Source: Dehalococcoidia bacterium (lineage in GTDB: Bacteria; Chloroflexota; Dehalococcoidia; Lucifugimonadales; SAR202-VII-2). From it: a stretch of DNA of 64,000 bases. Location of the stretch: positions 1,138,401 to 1,202,400 of the forward strand of contig OZ253584.1 of assembly GCA_965263165.1 (NCBI GenBank), given 5' to 3'. Positions 56,993-64,000 of this stretch are shown one piece after another (within the stretch, counting starts at the first letter, position 1; every line of letters begins with the position of its first letter). Both the position numbers and the translations under genes were made by a program. Below the pieces are notes generated by a model, which was given only the letters and a program-made list of their open reading frames with translations, ran no database searches and was not told the origin of the DNA.

Positions 56993-57897
56993 ATCTTGAC
57001 TCCTAACCTGACTGCCACTTCCTCAATAGCTGCCTTCGCATGGTCACACCTTCGATACCTGAGGTGCGGCGCCTTGCCGAGCAACCTTGCAATAAAGGCG
57101 CTCAGGTCGAGTGGGAAACCTTCGATCCTTTCGGCTACCGGCGGAGGCGTTATCGTGAGGATTCCGGCCAGTGTCTGAGATAGACTTGTGCCATCTGCCT
57201 TGAATGGGTGTTCAGATACAGCAGCTTCGTACAGCACAACCCCTATTGCGAATAGGTCAGACCTGAAATCTAAGGCTCGTTTTCGAGAGGGGTCCATCTG
57301 CTCTGGGGAAAGATAGGCCATGGTCCCAACCGGAACTGGCACCATGGTCAGCGAAGGTCCGTGCAAGTCAAATGCGACTCCAGTATCAAGTAGCACAAAC
57401 CTTGAACTATCAACGGCCCACATCACATTAGCGGGTTTTATATCGCGATGAACCAGCCCCCGACCAGACAGCCAACATGTAGCCTGTACAAGGTCAATAC
57501 CCAATTGAGCGACTTGGACTGGCGAAAGCCTAGCCTCGCGAATCATCTCTTGTAGGTTTTTGCCTTCGACCCATTCTTCAGTAAAACAAAGCCAACGCGC
57601 GGCGGCCACCTCGACCATGAAAAGGCCCAATGGACCACGCCTCGCGAGAACTGGCACATCAACCTGGTCCAAGATGGCTACCTCGCGCTGAGCCCTCCCG
57701 ACCACCGCACGTATATCGAGGTCATCTTCCTCCGAAGTTACTTTCTCAGGAGCTACGGCAATCAGCTTCAGTGCGATGGTTTGTCCTTTAAGCAAGGCCT
57801 TATAGACCGCCTTCTGCCCGCCTTTCTGGACAAGTTCAGCGGCATCAATATCAGCAATGCAGGCCGCAAGCATTTCTCCTGTCGGGTAATCCACCAT
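56989..57897 (-). CDS. Hanks-type Ser/Thr protein kinase (no TM or sensor domain)
   Basis: KGGQKAVY loop, IALK, HRDIKPAN, DTG (DFG variant), GTMAYLSPE and DLFAIG; ATG 57897 preferred over GTG 58014. Confidence 0.93.
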   Translation of the reverse strand: MVDYPTGEMLAACIADIDAAELVQKGGQKAVYKALLKGQTIALKLIAVAPEKVTSEEDDLDIRAVVGRAQREVAILDQVDVPVLARRGPLGLFMVEVAAARWLCFTEEWVEGKNLQEMIREARLSPVQVAQLGIDLVQATCWLSGRGLVHRDIKPANVMWAVDSSRFVLLDTGVAFDLHGPSLTMVPVPVGTMAYLSPEQMDPSRKRALDFRSDLFAIGVVLYEAAVSEHPFKADGTSLSQTLAGILTITPPPVAERIEGFPLDLSAFIARLLGKAPHLRYRRCDHAKAAIEEVAVRLGVKI

Positions 57898-58231
57898 TTC
57901 TGCCCTTTTATGAAGATTCCACGCCTTGTCTTTGAAGAACCACTTGCCCCAACCACCAATGGAAGCCGAAGCTCGGCTGCGGTTTAATGAGACATCGCGC
58001 ACCGTAACACTCACTAGTGTACATCAACCGCGGACGACTCTGCTGTCAGGCTGTTTACTATTGGCCGATGTGCGAATGCCCGCACCTGATATTATCGATC
58101 TGTCATTTCTGCGAAAACAAGTCCCGCCCCCATACCCTCGGTTGCCCTGGAGGTTGCGTGAGCAGCATTCGCAACGCCGTCGCCACGATCGACGGGCCAG
58201 CCCCCGCCCCCGGCGACGCCCAGCAGGGAAA

Positions 58232-58270
58232 CCCTCTACCCCAGCCTTCCCCAGGTACGGGGCAGGGACT
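58232..58270 (-). repeat. REP-like hairpin
   Basis: Minus strand GTCCCTGCCCC-GTACCT-GGGGAAGG-CTGGGG. Confidence 0.65.
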
Positions 58271-58336
58271 AGAGGAGTGCTTGCGCTTGCGCGCCGGGGG
58301 CGGGGGGGGTGACAATGGTTGCAGCCAAGTTGAGGA

Positions 58337-59545
58337 GTGGTTATGGCAACCTCCCACGGGACCCATTGGACCGAACCCACCGGCGACGCCAAGGCCGGGT
58401 TCGGCAGGTGGCAGCGGCCGGCAAGCCCCTACGACCGCTTCATGGAGGAAGAGGGGATACCCGTACACCGGGCCATCGGCGTGCACCGGGTGCAGGACCT
58501 TCCCCTGAAGCCCTGGAAGCGGACGGGAGGCAACGGGACCTACATCCAACTCTACGGAACGGAAGGCCTTTGGGGCATGTACGTCGTGGAGGTACCCGCC
58601 GCCGGCGCGCTGAACGTCGAGCGCCATCTCTACGAAGAGACCTTCCTCGTCGTCGAGGGACGCGGCTCCACCGAGGTGTGGCAGGACAAAGACCCATCCA
58701 AGAAGAGCGCCTTCGAGTGGAGCGCGGGGTCGTTGTTCTCGGTTCCCCTCAATTCATGGCATCGCATCATCAACGCGACGTCCAGCCCGGCCCTGCTGCT
58801 GGCGGGCACGACGGCCCCCAACGCCATGAACCTGTACATGAACAGGGACTTCGTCTTCAACACGCCCTACGACTTCACCGACCGCTACGACGCGGCGGCC
58901 GACTTCTACCGCCCCGCTGAGGACCTGGCGCCCGATCCGGTCCGCGGCCTCGCCATGCTTCGAACGAACATCATGCCGGACATCATCAACTGCGAGCTTC
59001 CGCTGGACAACCGCCGCTCCCCCGGGTATCGCCGGGTGGAGCCGCACATGGCGTCCAACAAGTTCTACCTGTGGATAGGCCAGCACGAAACGGGGCGCTA
59101 CTCGAAGGCCCACGCGCACGGCTCGGCGGCGGTGCTGATTTGCCTCAAGGGGAAGGGGTACACCTATACCTGGCCCGCGGAGTTGGGGACGCATCCGTGG
59201 GAGACAGGGAAGGCGGAAAGGGTGATGTGGCAGGACTACGAGCCGGTGGGCATGGTGAGCGCCGCGCCCATGAGCGGCGACTGGTTCCACCAGCACTTCG
59301 GCGTCAGCTCCCAACCCCTGCGGTTGACGGCCTGGTTCGGCCCGCACGCGCCCGGCCGCGAGGCCGGCCGTCCCGGAGAGGAAGCCATCGACAAGGGCGC
59401 CATTGACCTGCATGAAGGCGGGACCGCGATCCCCTACTGGGAAGAGGACCCCTATATCCGCACGGAGTTCGACGCCAAGCTGCAACAGGAGGGCGTCGGC
59501 TCTCGCATGGACGAATCGTTCTATCGCAGGCCGTCCGGAGCGTGA
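58337..59545 (+). CDS. Bicupin of unknown function paired with an EutA-like gene
   Basis: RHLYEETFLVVEGRG...NSWH and SKAHAHGSAAV...WFHQHF His motifs in both cupins. Confidence 0.8.
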   Translation: MVMATSHGTHWTEPTGDAKAGFGRWQRPASPYDRFMEEEGIPVHRAIGVHRVQDLPLKPWKRTGGNGTYIQLYGTEGLWGMYVVEVPAAGALNVERHLYEETFLVVEGRGSTEVWQDKDPSKKSAFEWSAGSLFSVPLNSWHRIINATSSPALLLAGTTAPNAMNLYMNRDFVFNTPYDFTDRYDAAADFYRPAEDLAPDPVRGLAMLRTNIMPDIINCELPLDNRRSPGYRRVEPHMASNKFYLWIGQHETGRYSKAHAHGSAAVLICLKGKGYTYTWPAELGTHPWETGKAERVMWQDYEPVGMVSAAPMSGDWFHQHFGVSSQPLRLTAWFGPHAPGREAGRPGEEAIDKGAIDLHEGGTAIPYWEEDPYIRTEFDAKLQQEGVGSRMDESFYRRPSGA

Positions 59546-59635
59546 GCGGGGCGGCGGACAACGGTTGTCCCTCCCGCGCCCATCCCAGCGTCTCTTCCCA
59601 TTAGTCTTTCCCAATTGGTCACCCCGGCCCGGCCC

Positions 59636-61102
59636 ATGATTTCCTCAGGCTTCTCCGGTTCCCAACGCCACCTGGTTGAAGAGGACAGCATTGTCCTGAC
59701 CAGCGTTGGCGTGGACATCGGCTCGTCCACGTCCCACCTAGCGTTCTCGCGCCTGGAACTGGAGCGCGCCGACGCCCGCTATGTTGTGGTGCGCCGCGAG
59801 ATTCTCCGGGAGTCGGAGATACTGCTGACGCCTTACGCGGCGGACTCCTCCATCGATGCCGAAGTGCTGGGACGTTTCGTTGATGCCCAATACGAGGCCG
59901 CCGGGCTGAGGCGGGAGGACATTGACACGGGCGCTCTGATCCTCACAGGCGTGGCGCTCGAAAGGCGCAACGCCAGGGCCATAGGGGATGTCTTCGCCCA
60001 GGAGGCGGGGCGGTTCGTGGCTGTAAGCGCCGGCGACGGGCTCGAGGCGACCCTGGCCGCATACGGTTCCGGAGCGGCGGCGGAGTCCCTGAAAGGCGGC
60101 GTGGGCCTCAACGTCGACATCGGCGGGGGGACGACCAAGGTGGCCGTCTGCATCGATGGACGGGTCGTGGAGGTGACCGCCCTTGACATCGGAGCGCGTC
60201 TCGTGGCGCTCGACGGCGAGGGCGTGGTTAAGAGGGTTGAGGATGCGGGGCGCCGTCTGGCGGAGGCCGCGGGCGTCATATTCGATGCCGGAGGTCGCCC
60301 TTCGGAGTCCGAGTTGCGAACAGTGACGTCGGTCATGGCGGACTGCGTGGCGGAGGTCGTCGCAGGGGGGGCGCTTTCGGAGAAGACGCTGGGGTGGCAC
60401 CGGCTGCCGCCCTTGACGCAGCAAGCGGCGCCGGACTGGGTGGTGTTCTCCGGGGGGGCGTCGGAGTACATCTACGGCCGGGAGCCGCGCGCTTTTGGGG
60501 ACCTTGGGCCAATGCTCGCCGAAGCGGTGTCACAACGAGTGAGGGCCTTGAATATCCCGGTGAAGACGCCGACGGCGGGCATCCGCGCCACGGTGATCGG
60601 AGCGTCTCAATACACAGTCCAAGTCAGCGGCAGCACCATTTTCGCGTCGCCGGAGGATGCGCTGCCGCTGCACAATATCCCGGTGGTCCGGCCTGAATTC
60701 GAGTGGGGCGACGACATCGGTCCGCACGGGGTGGCGCAGGCGGTGCGCAGAGCGCTGGCGGGGCTCGGCGGGGCGGGCGAGGCCGCGGCGGTGGCCGTTG
60801 GCGTTCGTTGGGAGGGTTCCGCAACCTACGCCAGATTGCAGGCGTTCTGCGCCGGCATCCTCGATGGGTTGGAACCGAGCTTGGCCGCCGGGAACCCCCT
60901 TATCCTCGTCGCCGTTGGCGACGTGGGTGGGCTGCTGGGCCTGCACCTGCGGGAGGAGATGGGGCTGACCAGCGCCGTCGTCTCCATTGACGGGGTGGAG
61001 CTGCGCGAGTTCGACTATATCGACATTGGGGAACTGATCCCGACTTCAGGCGCGGCGCCGGTGGTTATCAAGTCGCTGGTGTTCCCCACGCGCCAAGAAT
61101 AG
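59636..61102 (+). CDS. eutA: EutA-like reactivating factor (actin-like ATPase fold)
   Basis: SVGVDIGSSTSH, GALILTG, FVAVSAG, NVDIGGGTT, FSGGASEY, IRATVIGASQYTVQVSGSTI and PVVIKSLVF; ATG 59636 (ORF track 59615). Confidence 0.88.
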   Translation: MISSGFSGSQRHLVEEDSIVLTSVGVDIGSSTSHLAFSRLELERADARYVVVRREILRESEILLTPYAADSSIDAEVLGRFVDAQYEAAGLRREDIDTGALILTGVALERRNARAIGDVFAQEAGRFVAVSAGDGLEATLAAYGSGAAAESLKGGVGLNVDIGGGTTKVAVCIDGRVVEVTALDIGARLVALDGEGVVKRVEDAGRRLAEAAGVIFDAGGRPSESELRTVTSVMADCVAEVVAGGALSEKTLGWHRLPPLTQQAAPDWVVFSGGASEYIYGREPRAFGDLGPMLAEAVSQRVRALNIPVKTPTAGIRATVIGASQYTVQVSGSTIFASPEDALPLHNIPVVRPEFEWGDDIGPHGVAQAVRRALAGLGGAGEAAAVAVGVRWEGSATYARLQAFCAGILDGLEPSLAAGNPLILVAVGDVGGLLGLHLREEMGLTSAVVSIDGVELREFDYIDIGELIPTSGAAPVVIKSLVFPTRQE

Positions 61103-61141
61103 TGCCACCAGGGGTTGCTGGGCGGCCGCTATCGTAGGCTG

Positions 61142-61190
61142 GGGGAACCCCCTTCCTAACCTGCCCCCGACTACGGGGGGCAGGGACAAA
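61142..61190 (-). repeat. REP-like hairpin with tail
   Basis: CCTGCCCCC-GACTAC-GGGGGGCAGG at 61160-61184 with minus-strand tail TTAGGAAGGGGGTTCCCC. Confidence 0.8.
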
Positions 61191-61211
61191 GAGAGGGACG
61201 GTGGCGCCGGG

Positions 61212-63260
61212 CTACGCCTTGGCCGCCTCCCGTTCCTTCTTGGCTTCCTCCACGATGCGTTGCTGGGCCTGGGCGGGCACCGGCTCGTAGCTGCTGAACG
61301 CGACGGTGAAGTAGCCGCGTCCCTGGGTTAGGGCCCGGAGCTCTGCGGCGTAGCGTCGCATCTCCGATTGGGGCACGGTGGCCTCCACCTCAGTGAAGCC
61401 GTCGCTGGGAGTCATGCCGGCAATGTGGGCCCGCTTCGAGTTGAGGTCGCCCACGACTTCGCCGGTGAAGGCGTCCGGAACGGTGATGGTGGCCATGAGG
61501 ACAGGCTCGAGGAGGGTGGGTTGGGCCTTGGCCATTCCCTGCTTCAGAGCCATGCCGCCGGCGATCTCGAAGGACATGCCCGATGAGTCCACGGAGTGGT
61601 AGGAGCCGTCGTAGAGAGTGACCTTGAGGTCAACGATGGGGAAACCGGCTAGGACTCCTTCGTGAAGGGACTTGGAGACGCCCTTCTCCACGGCGGGGAT
61701 GTACTCCTTGGGGACGGTCCCGCCGGTGACCTTGTTGCTGAATTCGAACCCGGATCCGCTGGGCAGGGGCTCGAGGGTGATCATGACGTGGCCGTACTGG
61801 CCGTGGCCACCGCTTTGCTTCTTGTGCTTGTACTCGGTGTTCGTCTTGGCGGCGATGGTCTCCTTGTACGGCACCTTGGGCAGAGCGATTTCGGGGTCGA
61901 TGCCGAACTTGCGCTTCATCTTTTCCGTGGTTACGTCGATGTGGACATCGCCCATCCCCTCCAGGACGGTTTCGGCAGTGTCGGGGTCGCGATGGACCCG
62001 GAGGCTGGGGTCCTCTTCCACCAACCTGGCCAGCGACGATGACATCTTGTCGAGGTCGCCCTTTGACTTGGGATGCACGGCGACGGAGTGCGTGGGGCTG
62101 GGGAAAAGGATAGGGGCCATGGTGTAGGGCTTGTCCCTGTGCCCCAACGTGTCTCCCGTGGTTGTGGCTGTGAGCTTGGGGACGGCGCCAAGGTCGCCGG
62201 CGCCGATGGCGTCGACGGTTTCCTGGGTCTTGCCGCGGGGAACGAACACCTGGCCGATACGCTCGGACTGTTCCTTGTCTGCGTTCCAGACCTCGCCGTT
62301 GCTCTTGAACACGCCGCTGAAGACCTTGAAGTAGGACAGCTTACCCACGAAGGGGTCGGCGGTGGTTTTGAAGATCTGGGCCACCAATGGGCCGTCCTCA
62401 GAGACCTGAAGAGATTCGGCGCTGCCGTTTGTTTGGACGTCGCTGGGAGGCATGTCCGCAGGGGAGGGGAGGAGGTCGACGATGGCGTCCAGCAGTTCAT
62501 TGATGCCGATGTCCAAGGTGGCCGCTCCGGCAAGGACGGGAACAACGCTCCCGGAGAGGACCGCTTGCTTGAGGCCGCGCGTCAGGTCTTCCTGGCTGAG
62601 GACGCCCTCTTCGAGGTATTTGTCGGCGAGCTCATCGTCGGCCTCGGCGACGGCCTCCATCAGCTTGTCCAGGAGATCGCCGGCCTGGTCCTCCAGGCCG
62701 GCGGGGAAGCCGGCGGGGTCAAGCAGGCTGACGACGCCCTCGAAGCTGGTGTGGGCGCCGATGGGGAGCTGGATGGCGACGCATTGCCTGCCCAAACGCT
62801 CTTGGACCGACGCCAGGCATTGGTGGAAGTCGGCGTTTTCCCTGTCCATGCGGTTGATGTAGACGATGCGGGGCAGGTTGCGCTCGTTGATCAATTTCCA
62901 GATGAGTTCCGTTCCAACCTCGACGCCCACCGGAGCGGAGATTGGCAGGACGGCGGCGTCGGCGGCTCTGAGGGCTGAGTACACCTCGCCGATGAACTCG
63001 ATGTAGCCGGGGGTGTCGAAGATGTTGATCTTGTGCCCGCGGTGCTCGCAGGGCACGAGGACCGCCTGGGTGGAGCTCTGGCGCTTGACCTCTTCGGGTT
63101 CGAAGTCGGAGGCGGTGTTGCCTTCTTCGACCTTGCCGAGCCGGGTGGTGGCGCCGGTGTTGAACAGCATAGCCTCGGCCAGCGAGGTCTTGCCGGTCCC
63201 GCCATGAGAGACCAGGGCCACGTTCCTGAGCTTATCCACGGCAACCTTCTGCATGAGCAT
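61212..63260 (-). CDS. Elongation factor G paralogue (EF-G2 type)
   Basis: GGTGKT, DTPG, NRMD, KKQSGGHGQYG and DGSYHSVDSS motifs; divergent switch I RQSST in place of RGITI. Confidence 0.92.
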   Translation of the reverse strand: MLMQKVAVDKLRNVALVSHGGTGKTSLAEAMLFNTGATTRLGKVEEGNTASDFEPEEVKRQSSTQAVLVPCEHRGHKINIFDTPGYIEFIGEVYSALRAADAAVLPISAPVGVEVGTELIWKLINERNLPRIVYINRMDRENADFHQCLASVQERLGRQCVAIQLPIGAHTSFEGVVSLLDPAGFPAGLEDQAGDLLDKLMEAVAEADDELADKYLEEGVLSQEDLTRGLKQAVLSGSVVPVLAGAATLDIGINELLDAIVDLLPSPADMPPSDVQTNGSAESLQVSEDGPLVAQIFKTTADPFVGKLSYFKVFSGVFKSNGEVWNADKEQSERIGQVFVPRGKTQETVDAIGAGDLGAVPKLTATTTGDTLGHRDKPYTMAPILFPSPTHSVAVHPKSKGDLDKMSSSLARLVEEDPSLRVHRDPDTAETVLEGMGDVHIDVTTEKMKRKFGIDPEIALPKVPYKETIAAKTNTEYKHKKQSGGHGQYGHVMITLEPLPSGSGFEFSNKVTGGTVPKEYIPAVEKGVSKSLHEGVLAGFPIVDLKVTLYDGSYHSVDSSGMSFEIAGGMALKQGMAKAQPTLLEPVLMATITVPDAFTGEVVGDLNSKRAHIAGMTPSDGFTEVEATVPQSEMRRYAAELRALTQGRGYFTVAFSSYEPVPAQAQQRIVEEAKKEREAAKA

Positions 63261-63379
63261 CCCCCTAGAAGCCGGTGATCTGGACGGCGGGGCGCTGCTA
63301 TGGCGCCAGGAGCGCCCCTTTTCGGCGGACTGTGGGCGCGCCGCGGCCAGGATAAGCCATTCTACGCATGGGTTTCAGC

Positions 63380-64000
63380 CTATGCAAACGGGGCATTGGG
63401 GAGACGGTGACTGATATCCACCACCTGCGCCCCGGCGGCCTCTTGGAACAGATCGGCCGTGGCCGGGTGGCACGTGAACACCAGTACCTGGTTGGTCTCC
63501 GCAAGTTCTGCGAAGGACTCGGCCGCAAGCCGGGCCCGCTCCTGGTCGAAGTTGACCAGCGCCTCGTCGACGACGACCGGCAACCGCTCGGCGTGTTCGC
63601 CGAAATCCCGGATGAGGCCGAACCGCAGCGCCAGGTAGAGCTGCTCGCGGGCGCCCCGGCTGAGCTCGGAGGGTTGCTTTGTGCGGCCGGTAGTGTCTGT
63701 CACGGTTATCGTTTGCTCATCGATGGGCGCATAGAGCCGGTTGTACCGATGGCCGGTGACATTGGCAAAGAAGTCCTGGGCGTGCCGGATGACACCGGGC
63801 TGGCGTTCCAACTCGAATTTCTGCTGCGTCTTTTTCAGCAGCGACTCCGCGATAGTCAGCCGCGACCACTCGTGGGCCTGTTCCTGCAGCTGTTCTAGGA
63901 GGGTAGTCTGGCGGACTCGCAAGGCCGACGAATCCTCTTCGCTGGTCAGGCGCGCCAGATCAGTGTCTATGCCGCCCCGCTCCTCTCGCAGCGCGTTGCA
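63380..64000 (-). CDS. YhaN/Rad50-like AAA ATPase, C-terminal part (runs off window)
   Basis: LSRGAREQLYLALR signature and VVVDEALVNFD (Walker B/D-loop). Confidence 0.88.
   Translation of the reverse strand, partial: CNALREERGGIDTDLARLTSEEDSSALRVRQTTLLEQLQEQAHEWSRLTIAESLLKKTQQKFELERQPGVIRHAQDFFANVTGHRYNRLYAPIDEQTITVTDTTGRTKQPSELSRGAREQLYLALRFGLIRDFGEHAERLPVVVDEALVNFDQERARLAAESFAELAETNQVLVFTCHPATADLFQEAAGAQVVDISHRLPNAPFA

Noticed and set aside
1-64000. tRNA, rRNA, prophage structural genes, integrase and reverse transcriptase
   Set aside because: None recognised in the sequence or ORF track

Overview
High-GC (by eye about 65%) bacterial chromosomal window. Gene content suggests Chloroflexota, probably Dehalococcoidia/SAR202-like; this is inference. 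Core genes: menB-menA, a T-box-controlled ilvBN-ilvC operon, thrS-infC-rpmI-rplT, dnaE, ogt, etfBA, an EF-G2 paralogue and a partial YhaN-like ATPase. Expanded catabolic genes include a thiolase, a divergent KARI, SCP2, SDRs, cupins, a CoA-transferase III, tandem amidohydrolases, a TPP enzyme, a maleate-isomerase family enzyme and a TTT transporter. Accessory features: (i) a roughly 550-600 bp repeated cassette, present as two inverted tandem blocks plus a solo copy, each carrying a sigma70 promoter with a LexA-like box, with 10-11 bp phased microrepeats and ACAATCAAA motifs in the tandem-block copies; (ii) a REP-like hairpin family targeted by both IS elements (IS1182 and IS5); (iii) two lower-GC defence-like modules, an HD dNTPase plus Panacea/YwgA-like protein and a Ser/Thr kinase plus TIM-barrel protein plus wHTH-containing PD-(D/E)XK nuclease; (iv) a TusA-DsrE-TusA::MetE-like sulfur-relay cluster; (v) an EutA-like reactivase paired with a bicupin without eutBC. 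All family calls come from motif recognition by eye; no database searches were run.
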